Source: Eubacteriales bacterium (GTDB taxonomy: Bacteria > Bacillota > Clostridia > Oscillospirales > CAG-272). Taken from it: a stretch of DNA of 64,000 bases. The stretch is taken from NCBI GenBank assembly GCA_045543955.1, contig JAZPYB010000025.1, positions 23,289-87,288 on the forward strand, in the 5' to 3' direction. Both the position numbers and the translations under genes were made by a program. Of this stretch, positions 36,267-44,370 are shown piece by piece (position 1 is the stretch's first letter; each line of letters opens with the position of its first letter). The notes beneath the pieces are model-generated. The model ran no database searches and was not told the origin of the DNA. It saw only the letters and a program-made list of their open reading frames with translations.

Positions 36267-37763
36267 ATGTTATACTTATCTACAAGAAATAGTAAAATTT
36301 CTAAAAAACCATCAGAGGCAGTGCTTGAAGGCATAGCAAAAGACGGTGGACTTTATATGCCAAAGTCATTTGACGGCTGTGCTTTCCCTATGGAAAAGCT
36401 AGAGAAAATGTCAAATAAGGACATTTCCGCAACTGTAATTTCTCTCCTTTTTGCAAAGGACAAAATGCTAGAGAACAAGGATGGCGAATTTGCAGGCGCT
36501 TATGAGCTTGTTAGCCGTGCATACGATGGTAAATTTGACAATGAGGATTTTGCCCCACTTTCTAAGGTGAATGATGCTTATGTTATGGAGCTTTATCACG
36601 GACCAACATGTGCATTTAAGGATGTTGCACTTCAGCTCCTTCCACAGCTCGTTTCTGCTGCAAAAAAAGCAACAGATATGAAGGATGAAATCGTTATTTT
36701 AACTGCAACCAGTGGAGATACTGGAAGTGCCGCACTATCAGGCTTTTCAGATGTTGACGGCGTTAAAATCATAGTTTTCTACCCGAGAAAGGGTATTAGT
36801 GCTGTTCAAGAGCGCCAAATGGTATCGGTTGACGGTAAAAACACTTGCGTTTGCTCAGTTGGCGGTAACTTTGACGATGCACAAAGTGGTGTTAAAAATA
36901 TTTTTGCGAATCTCAAATTGCCAGAGGGTGTAAAGCTTTCAAGTGCTAATTCTATAAATATAGGTAGACTTGCACCTCAGGTTGCATATTACTTCAAGGC
37001 TTATCGTGACCTCCTTTTAAATGGTGAAATCAAAAAGGGAGACAAGGTTAACTTTGTTGTTCCAACTGGTAACTTTGGAGATATACTTGCTGGTTATTTT
37101 GCAAAGAAAATGGGACTTCTGGTTGGAAAGCTTGTATGCGCGTCAAACACAAATAAGGTTTTGACAGAATTCTTTGAAAATGGTGTATATAATAAAAATA
37201 GAAGCTTTTATATCACAAACTCCCCTTCAATGGACATTCTTATTTCCTCTAACCTTGAAAGACTTTTGTATCTAACTTGTGGAGATGAAAAGTGTGCAAA
37301 TTATATGGCACAGCTCAAGGAAAATGGAGAATATAAGCTTTCAAAGGAAGAGCTTGATAAGATTAAATCCGAATTTGATGCAGGCTTCTGTGACAACGAG
37401 GAAACCATAAAAACAATCAAGGACGTGTACGAAAAACACGGATATTTGATGGACACACATACAGCAGTTGCATGGAATGTGTATGAAAAATGGGTAAAGG
37501 AAAGCGGCAACAAGGACAAGACAGTTGTTCTTTCAACCGCATCCCCATATAAGTTTTCAAATAGCGTTATGAATGCGTTAGGCAAGGAATACGACAATGA
37601 GTTTGATGCACTTAACAAGCTAAATGCGTACACAGGTGCTAAAATTCCAGGCTCTTTGATCAATATTGAAAACAAGCCTGTATTCCATAATGTAACCGTT
37701 GAAAAGGACGATATGCTTAATTTCGTTGATAAAATGGTAAACACAAAGGTTTGGAACGACTAA
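36267..37763 (+). CDS. thrC: Threonine synthase (long form)
   Basis: It has the PLP-Lys context HGPTCAFKDVALQ. Length is 498 aa. Confidence 0.9.
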   Translation: MLYLSTRNSKISKKPSEAVLEGIAKDGGLYMPKSFDGCAFPMEKLEKMSNKDISATVISLLFAKDKMLENKDGEFAGAYELVSRAYDGKFDNEDFAPLSKVNDAYVMELYHGPTCAFKDVALQLLPQLVSAAKKATDMKDEIVILTATSGDTGSAALSGFSDVDGVKIIVFYPRKGISAVQERQMVSVDGKNTCVCSVGGNFDDAQSGVKNIFANLKLPEGVKLSSANSINIGRLAPQVAYYFKAYRDLLLNGEIKKGDKVNFVVPTGNFGDILAGYFAKKMGLLVGKLVCASNTNKVLTEFFENGVYNKNRSFYITNSPSMDILISSNLERLLYLTCGDEKCANYMAQLKENGEYKLSKEELDKIKSEFDAGFCDNEETIKTIKDVYEKHGYLMDTHTAVAWNVYEKWVKESGNKDKTVVLSTASPYKFSNSVMNALGKEYDNEFDALNKLNAYTGAKIPGSLINIENKPVFHNVTVEKDDMLNFVDKMVNTKVWND

Positions 37764-37781
37764 TCCAAACGGAGGTATAAA

Positions 37782-38219
37782 ATGAGAAGTAAATATTTGC
37801 TCGTAGATAGAGAAATGCTACCTGAGTGCTATTTGAAGGTGATGGATGCAAAGGAGTTAATTCTCAATGGTAAGGCAAAGGACGTTAGCGAAGCATCTAA
37901 AATGGTAGGCATTGCAAGAAGTACATATTATAAATATAAAGACTATGTTTTTGCGCCAAATACAGACACAGAGTGCCGCAAAGCTGTAATTTCATTTTCA
38001 CTTTATCATAAATCGGGGCTGTTGTCAGAGGCTTTAAATGTAATTTCGGGAACAGGCGCAAATATTCTTACAATAACTCAAAATCTTCCCGTTAACCAAA
38101 GGGCAAACGTGGTTATTTCAATGGATGTTTCTCACGTAAAGGGAGATATATCAACACTTCTTGACCTTTTAGGAGCGATAGATGGTGTTAATTCAACTAA
38201 GCTATTAGCGATAGAATAA
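37782..38219 (+). CDS. UPF0735-type ACT-domain protein (PheB-like)
   Basis: It has an N-terminal HTH-like GIARSTYYKYKDYVF followed by an ACT domain. Length is 145 aa. Confidence 0.7.
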   Translation: MRSKYLLVDREMLPECYLKVMDAKELILNGKAKDVSEASKMVGIARSTYYKYKDYVFAPNTDTECRKAVISFSLYHKSGLLSEALNVISGTGANILTITQNLPVNQRANVVISMDVSHVKGDISTLLDLLGAIDGVNSTKLLAIE

Positions 38220-38242
38220 AAGAGCCACAAGGCTCTTTTTTC
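38217..38242 (+). terminator. Rho-independent terminator
   Basis: agagcc-acaa-ggctct is followed by T6. Confidence 0.8.
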
Positions 38243-38269
38243 TTTTATATAAGTAAGTCTTACTTTATA

Positions 38270-38298
38270 TTGACAATTTACATAAAAAATGATAAAAT
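38270..38298 (+). promoter_or_regulatory. Sigma-A promoter of the discoidin lipoprotein gene
   Basis: It reads TTGACA, a 17-nt spacer, then TAAAAT. This argues against the ORF-track start at 38270. Confidence 0.65.
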
Positions 38299-38329
38299 AA
38301 AAGAGAAGAAAAATTTGGAGGATCATAAA

Positions 38330-40594
38330 ATGAAAAACAAGCTTTTAGTTTTGTTGTCTTTAATTTTATGCTTGTCAATGATTTTCGTTCTTGCTTCTTG
38401 TGGAGGCGGAAGAAGAGATACTGACACTGACACAGAGACACAAACAGAGACAGAATCCCAAACCGAAACCGAAACTGAAACAGAGACAGAAACTGAAACA
38501 GAAACAGAAACCGAAACTGAAACTGAGGACCCAGTATGCGACCACAGTGAATGGGAGATTGAAACTATTCAAGAGCTAACCTGCGATCAAAATGGCATTA
38601 CTGTAAAGAAATGCTCATCTTGTGGAGAGGAGCTTGAGGACAGAGAAGAGATTATAACTGAAGGGCACAAGTGGAGTGATTGGAAGGAAACACAAGAGCT
38701 TACTTGCACTCAAGATGGTATAGAGGAAAGAAAGTGTACAGCTGCAAATTGTGGAAAGACTGAAACTAAACAAACAGAAGCAGCAGGTCATAACGCTGGA
38801 GACTGGGTAACAGAAAGTGAGCTTACCTGCGAAACCGACGGCGTTGAGGTTCAGAGCTGTACTGCCTGTGGAGAAGAATTAGACAAAAAAACAATCAAGA
38901 CAGAAGGTCACCAATGGACCGAATGGGGCATTGGTTGGGATGATGCACCATTTGCTAAGGAAGCAACATGCCTAGAGGCTGGCTATCTAGGTAGAGTATG
39001 CTATGGCTACTGCGGTGGTGAGGAAGTGCAAATTGTGCCAATAGCCGACCATCAAATGGGCGATTGGGTAATTCCTGAAGGCGTTACCTGTACAACAGGT
39101 GGAACTATAACAAGAACATGTACAGTTTGTGAAGAGTACACCGAAACAAATACTGTTGAGCCTGGTGGACACGTTAACGTCTATTACGATGGTGCTATTG
39201 AAGCTACCAAGGAGCAAGATGGTTCAACTGGCGTAAAAAAGTGTAAAGCTTGTGGCGCAACAATAGAAAGCGCAAAGGTAATTCGAATTGTTAATGTAGT
39301 ATCTAATGCGACAGTAACAAGTAATGCCTCACACTGGCAGGTTGTTGGAAACAACTGGGCTCCAAATACACTTAACTATATAAATGATGGAAACAAAGAA
39401 ACTGGTATGCCATCGTGTGCAAATCTTAGAGGCACTCAGTGGGTAAAGCTTTCCTTTGAGGAAGCTATAGATTTAACCGAGCTAGTTGTTGTTTGCAATG
39501 GTAAGGGCAATATTGGAGGATTAGAAAGCGTAAAAGAGCTTACCAACCTTGGCGTAGACCTTGCTATAACATTTATAGATTCTGAAGGAACTATTGTTTC
39601 AACAGAAACAAAGAATTCACTTGATGTGTTAGAGCTTTCATTTAAAAACACAAGCGATACACCAATAAAGGAAATTACAATTTCATATCAAACAGAATAT
39701 AATGCAAGAACAATTTATTTGTGGGAAGCGGAAGCATATGAAAAGCAGTACCTAAACCCATGTGAGGCAAACGGACACGCATGGAGTGATTGGGATGTAA
39801 CCCCTGCTACTTGTAGCCCTGAGGAGCTTGTAAATGGTTCTAGGACAAGAGAATGTACAGCTTGTGGCGAAACCGAAACAGAAACAATAGTTGCTGCTCA
39901 CTCTTGGTCAGAATGGGAAACAGGCAATATAACCTGCGCAACAGGTGGAACAAAAACAAGAGAATGTACAGCTTGTGGTAAGGAAGAAAGTGAAACAGTT
40001 GAGCCATCCGGACACTTAGATGTTCAGCTCGAAAATGCAAAAGAAGCAACATTTGAGGAAGATGGCTATACAGGCGACCGTGTATGTAAAGCTTGTGGCG
40101 AAACAGTTGAAGAGGGAACAACAATTCCTAAGATTGTAAACCATGCATCTTCTGCTACTGCAACAACAACTGCTTGGGTTGTAACAGCAAGCTATATAAA
40201 CGATGGTAAAATGGACACAGGCGCAACTGGTTATGGTAATGCACAAAGAGACGTAACTCATACTTTAACATGGGCAAGCGCAGTTGGATTTAACACCTTT
40301 AAGCTTTATTTCAATGGTGACACAACAAATAAAAAATTAGGTTCAAACATTGATGATAATTTTGCTGATCAATATAACAATACAAACACTAACACAACCT
40401 TAACAGTAAAATTCTACGGTGCAGATGGCACTACTGTTGTAAAAGAAGTAGTGATTAACACGGTGGATCAAACTGAATATACAATTTCATTAGGAGAAGT
40501 AACTCAAATTTCAAAGGTTGAAATTGTAAACTATCAGGGTTGGGATATGAGCAAGGCTGTTAACATTTGGGAAGTTCAAGCTTACACAGAATAA
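38330..40594 (+). CDS. Surface lipoprotein: TE-repeat linker, His/Cys3 repeat modules and two discoidin (F5/8 type C, CBM32-like) domains
   Basis: A GGAGG RBS precedes MKNKLLVLLSLILCLSMIFVLAS|C (lipobox). A (T/E/D) low-complexity linker follows. There are 5 full and 1 degenerate repeats of about 41 aa (38534-39265) and 3 more (about 39760-40130). Two domains end in ..IYLWEAEAYE and ..NIWEVQAYTE. Confidence 0.75.
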   Translation: MKNKLLVLLSLILCLSMIFVLASCGGGRRDTDTDTETQTETESQTETETETETETETETETETETEDPVCDHSEWEIETIQELTCDQNGITVKKCSSCGEELEDREEIITEGHKWSDWKETQELTCTQDGIEERKCTAANCGKTETKQTEAAGHNAGDWVTESELTCETDGVEVQSCTACGEELDKKTIKTEGHQWTEWGIGWDDAPFAKEATCLEAGYLGRVCYGYCGGEEVQIVPIADHQMGDWVIPEGVTCTTGGTITRTCTVCEEYTETNTVEPGGHVNVYYDGAIEATKEQDGSTGVKKCKACGATIESAKVIRIVNVVSNATVTSNASHWQVVGNNWAPNTLNYINDGNKETGMPSCANLRGTQWVKLSFEEAIDLTELVVVCNGKGNIGGLESVKELTNLGVDLAITFIDSEGTIVSTETKNSLDVLELSFKNTSDTPIKEITISYQTEYNARTIYLWEAEAYEKQYLNPCEANGHAWSDWDVTPATCSPEELVNGSRTRECTACGETETETIVAAHSWSEWETGNITCATGGTKTRECTACGKEESETVEPSGHLDVQLENAKEATFEEDGYTGDRVCKACGETVEEGTTIPKIVNHASSATATTTAWVVTASYINDGKMDTGATGYGNAQRDVTHTLTWASAVGFNTFKLYFNGDTTNKKLGSNIDDNFADQYNNTNTNTTLTVKFYGADGTTVVKEVVINTVDQTEYTISLGEVTQISKVEIVNYQGWDMSKAVNIWEVQAYTE
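38417..38530 (+). repeat. Imperfect hexanucleotide tandem repeat (GAnACn) encoding a Thr/Glu/Asp linker
   Basis: The sequence gatactgacactgacacagagaca...gaaaccgaaactgaaactgaggac is visible directly. Confidence 0.9.
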
Positions 40595-40603
40595 TATCAT
40601 AAT

Positions 40604-40635
40604 TAAAAAACGGACACTCCTGTGTCCGTTTTTTA
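40604..40635 (+). terminator. Rho-independent terminator
   Basis: cggacac-tcct-gtgtccg is followed by T6. Confidence 0.85.
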
Positions 40636-40716
40636 ATGCCTCCTTTGTAAAGGCACCCTTTAGAACGTACCTTGCGTTGAGGTGCCGTTTTGATGCAAAA
40701 CGACAGAGGGATTATA

Positions 40717-40749
40717 TCAAAAAGAGGTCGCAAATGCAACCTCTTTTTA
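40717..40749 (-). terminator. Terminator of the fused ABC gene
   Basis: An agaggt...acctct hairpin is flanked by A and T runs, 6 nt past the minus-strand stop. Confidence 0.65.
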
Positions 40750-40754
40750 ATTTA

Positions 40755-43700
40755 TTATTCAGATCTTAATGCAATAACAGGGTCCTTCTTTGCCGCAACT
40801 CTTGATGGGATAAGTCCAGCAATTAGAGTCAAGCACATACTAATAGCTATTAGTATTACAGCAGGCCAGAAGCCAAGGGACGCTTGTAGTCCTACAATGC
40901 CGGTAAGAGCAAATAGGATTATATTAATTATAACAACAAGCACGAGTGTTACTAAAATACCAATAAGTCCTGAAATTAGACCTACAATCATAGTTTCTGC
41001 ATTGAATACGCGAGAGATATCGCGCTTTGATGCACCCATAGCACGGAGAACACCAATTTCCTTTGTTCTTTCTTGAACAGAAATAAGAGTGATTACACCA
41101 ATCATAATTGAGGAAACGATAAGTGATGTTGCAACAAACGCAACTAATACATAAGTAATTGCATTGATAATTGTAGTGATCGCAGACATCATTTCGCCCA
41201 TAATGTCAGAGTATTCAATTTGCTTACCACTGTCAGCACCAACATCCTTGTTGTATTGAGCGATAAGTGCCTTGAAATCATCCTTTTGCTCAAAGGTTGA
41301 CATATAAACATTGATTGATGAAGGAACACCCATATCAATTCTGCCGAATTTTACAAGGTTTTCCTCGTAGGTTGAATCAGAGAAACGCATAAAGTTGTCA
41401 TAGTAAGTGCCAAATTGTTCAAGTGTATATGTGTTTAAAGAAGCTAAAAGCATTTGGGAATATGCAACATTTGGGGTTTCCTTTAATGCGTCAGGAATTT
41501 GTTCTGCCAGTTTTTTATTTACGTCTGCTTGAATTTGAGCCATAGCACCAGCCTCAGCCATAGGAGTGATGATGCTGTCAATTAAGGTTTTATATGAGCA
41601 GTTGCTCAATCTATATTGAGTTGCAATATAATTTTTGTATTCTGCTTGCTTTTGAGGCTCGGATAGTGAATCAAAATTACCACCTTGAAGCTCATAGTTT
41701 GTCTTTACAGCGGAAATGATTTTGTCCATTTCCTCTTGGTTTTGAGAAATCATAGTCAAAAGAGAAGTGGTTGCAAAATCAAGAGCAGCCTCCTTGTATA
41801 GTGCTTCCTTTTCCTCGTCGGAAAGGGAGTCAAAAGGCTTTGCCGGATTTGACATTTGATACTTCATCTCAGCACCCTTTGTGATTTGAGAAACAATCGT
41901 TTCAGTAGCATATTCAAGCGCGGTAATCTTCTTTGTCTCTACAACACCAGGAGTGCTTGGGTCGTCGTTTGGAACTTCAATAAGAGCGTTATAGCCATTG
42001 AAATAAGCAATTTGTAGGAAAAGCTCAGCTTGCTCTTTGGCTGAAAGGCTGTTCACATATTTAGTGAAGTCTTCCTTCTTTTCAGCGTCGGTCAAATCAG
42101 TAGTTGTTGATTTGAAAGGAAGCTTTGTAATAATATCAATTTCCTTGTTGTTAGCTTGCGCATCTGCAACAGCAGAGAGGGAAGCCTCTTTAATGATATG
42201 AGATGTTAGCTTGCTTGTGTAACCAATAGCTCCATTCATATAGCCTGAATCAACGCTGTCCTTTAGGCGAATGATACCGGAAACCTTTAATTCAAGCGCA
42301 TCGTCGTAAATACTCTCAAGATAAATTTGGTTGTCTGTGTAATTGGTAACTGTGCCAGTCTTTCCGTCATATGAGTAGAAGTCAGATGGCAAAATTACCT
42401 TGTAGCTCTTGTTACAAATTTCCTCAAATGACCAAGAAGGAACCTCGCCCTCTGGCAGTGGTTCAGCTTTAGCTGCATATTCAATGATTTTATCGATATC
42501 AGCCTTGCTCAAAAGACCTAAAGCATAAAGAGTAAGGTCGTCAAGCTCATTGTCCTCGTCAACAACAAGAACAACTTGGTTATGCGCAGTTGGCCATTCA
42601 CCATAAATTACATCATATTGACTGGTTACAATATCACTAACTGTTTTTCCGTTTTTAGAGTCAGCAAGAAGCTCTTGCCACATATTGATTGAGCCCATGC
42701 TCATCATAGATGATGAGGATGACGATGAGCCAAACATAGAGTTTGATTCAGTTTCGCTCATAACACCGGACTGAATGAAGTAGTCAATAAGCATTTCTTG
42801 TAGAAGGGCATTGGTATCTGATTTAATAATATCTCCCTCATCGTTTTTGGTGTAAACATTGAGGTTGAGGCTATATTTATACTGAACCTCGCTGACAGCC
42901 TTATATATGTCGGAGTTTTCGTCGGCAAGACCTTCATCTAAATACTTCTTAAATGATTCAAGGTCGTTTTGAGTTACCTCAATTTTACTAATTTCATCAA
43001 CAAGCTCAGCGATTAATGGGTCCTTATATACAGCATTCTCGTCGCGATTTTCTTTTTCTTCCTCTGTACCCTCTTCGCCACCTGTCAAAAGAGTAAGCAT
43101 CAAGGAGCTTAAATCAACTGATTGGCTTTGAATAGTCAAAGGATATGAAGAAAGAGTGGTTTCTTGAACGTGTCTGATATAACCATTAAGACCGTTTGAA
43201 ACTGCGAAAATAAGCGCAATTCCTATAATACCAATGCTACCTGCAAATGAGGTAAGAATAGTTCTTCCTTTTTTAGTGAGAAGGTTATTAAGGGAAAGCA
43301 AAAACGCAGTAAAGAAGGACATAGAGGTTTTCTTCTTTTTGCCCTTGTTAGTAGTCTTTTTTGTGGCAGGAGTGTCTAAGTTTTGCTCATTTTCTCCGTT
43401 TTCGTTTGCCACTGTGCTTTCAGCATCAATAATAGCCAAATTTTCGACACTTCCCTCGACTTTTTCTTCTTTTTCTAGGGAAGAATCATAAGGATTTGAG
43501 TCGCTTACAACTATACCATCTAAAAGATTGATTATTCTAGTTGAGTACTGTTCTGCTAGCTCTGGGTTATGTGTAACCATAATAACAAGTCTATCATGTG
43601 AGATTTCCTTGATTAGTTCCATGATTTGAACACTGGTTTCAGAGTCGAGCGCACCAGTTGGCTCGTCGGCAAGCAAAATCTCAGGGTCATTAACAAGCGC

Positions 43701-44162
43701 ACGAGCAATTGCAACTCTTTGCATTTGTCCACCCGACATTTGGTTTGGCTTTTTGTATATTTGGTCGCCTAAGCCTACCTTTTCAAGCGCAGAGATTGCA
43801 CGTTCCTTTCTCTCCTTGGCGGAAACGCCTGCAAGAGTAAGTGCGAGCTCAACGTTTTTAAGCACCGTTTGGTGCGGAATTAAATTGTAGCTTTGGAAAA
43901 TGAAGCCAATAGAGTGGTTTCTGTATGTGTCCCAATCGCGATCAGTAAATTGCTTAGTGCTTTTTGCGTTAATTTCAAGGTCGCCGTCAGAATATTTGTC
44001 AAGTCCGCCTATGATGTTTAAAAGAGTGGTTTTACCACATCCGCTTTGTCCTAAAATAGAAACAAACTCACTTGCTCTAAATTCAAGTGAAACACCCTTT
44101 AAGGCATGGACTGTAGAATCACCGGTAATGTAGTCTTTTTTAATGTTGGTTAACTTTAACAT
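40755..44162 (-). CDS. Fused ABC ATPase plus FtsX/MacB-type permease with a very large extracytoplasmic domain
   Basis: The N-terminal NBD has [24 protein letters not shown] and LLADEPT. TM1 lies at about aa 290-325. A soluble region of about 680 aa follows, then three C-terminal TM segments with the FtsX-type [14 protein letters not shown] motif. Confidence 0.85.
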   Translation of the reverse strand: MLKLTNIKKDYITGDSTVHALKGVSLEFRASEFVSILGQSGCGKTTLLNIIGGLDKYSDGDLEINAKSTKQFTDRDWDTYRNHSIGFIFQSYNLIPHQTVLKNVELALTLAGVSAKERKERAISALEKVGLGDQIYKKPNQMSGGQMQRVAIARALVNDPEILLADEPTGALDSETSVQIMELIKEISHDRLVIMVTHNPELAEQYSTRIINLLDGIVVSDSNPYDSSLEKEEKVEGSVENLAIIDAESTVANENGENEQNLDTPATKKTTNKGKKKKTSMSFFTAFLLSLNNLLTKKGRTILTSFAGSIGIIGIALIFAVSNGLNGYIRHVQETTLSSYPLTIQSQSVDLSSLMLTLLTGGEEGTEEEKENRDENAVYKDPLIAELVDEISKIEVTQNDLESFKKYLDEGLADENSDIYKAVSEVQYKYSLNLNVYTKNDEGDIIKSDTNALLQEMLIDYFIQSGVMSETESNSMFGSSSSSSSMMSMGSINMWQELLADSKNGKTVSDIVTSQYDVIYGEWPTAHNQVVLVVDEDNELDDLTLYALGLLSKADIDKIIEYAAKAEPLPEGEVPSWSFEEICNKSYKVILPSDFYSYDGKTGTVTNYTDNQIYLESIYDDALELKVSGIIRLKDSVDSGYMNGAIGYTSKLTSHIIKEASLSAVADAQANNKEIDIITKLPFKSTTTDLTDAEKKEDFTKYVNSLSAKEQAELFLQIAYFNGYNALIEVPNDDPSTPGVVETKKITALEYATETIVSQITKGAEMKYQMSNPAKPFDSLSDEEKEALYKEAALDFATTSLLTMISQNQEEMDKIISAVKTNYELQGGNFDSLSEPQKQAEYKNYIATQYRLSNCSYKTLIDSIITPMAEAGAMAQIQADVNKKLAEQIPDALKETPNVAYSQMLLASLNTYTLEQFGTYYDNFMRFSDSTYEENLVKFGRIDMGVPSSINVYMSTFEQKDDFKALIAQYNKDVGADSGKQIEYSDIMGEMMSAITTIINAITYVLVAFVATSLIVSSIMIGVITLISVQERTKEIGVLRAMGASKRDISRVFNAETMIVGLISGLIGILVTLVLVVIINIILFALTGIVGLQASLGFWPAVILIAISMCLTLIAGLIPSRVAAKKDPVIALRSE

Positions 44163-44370
44163 TTTTTCCTTTCCGTTAGAAATACGCCTGTTGGTATAAC
44201 TAACATAATATATATTATAAAAAAGATATTTCTATTCTATAACTTTATTATTATTATGTCAATATGCAAAAAGCAAATTTCACATAAATTTCACACAAAA
44301 AATATATCTTGATAATGTTGGTATTTTATGATAAGATATAATTAGTAAATTTTGATATAAGAGGTAAAAA

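Noticed and set aside
38270-38329. The ORF-track start at 38270 for the discoidin lipoprotein (20 extra N-terminal codons)
   Set aside because: The codons coincide with the -35/-10 promoter elements. The ATG at 38330 has a GGAGG RBS and is followed immediately by a lipoprotein signal peptide.
38375-38579. Alternate-frame ORFs (38375..38572 minus, 38391..38579 plus) and the possibility that the short repeats are a CRISPR array
   Set aside because: The repeats are 6-nt in-frame units without spacers, lying inside a lipoprotein gene. The alternate-frame ORFs are artefacts of the repeat periodicity.
40690-41076. A 128-aa plus-strand ORF at the 3' end of the fused ABC gene
   Set aside because: It is antisense to the conserved FtsX C-terminal TM region and starts within the terminator region.
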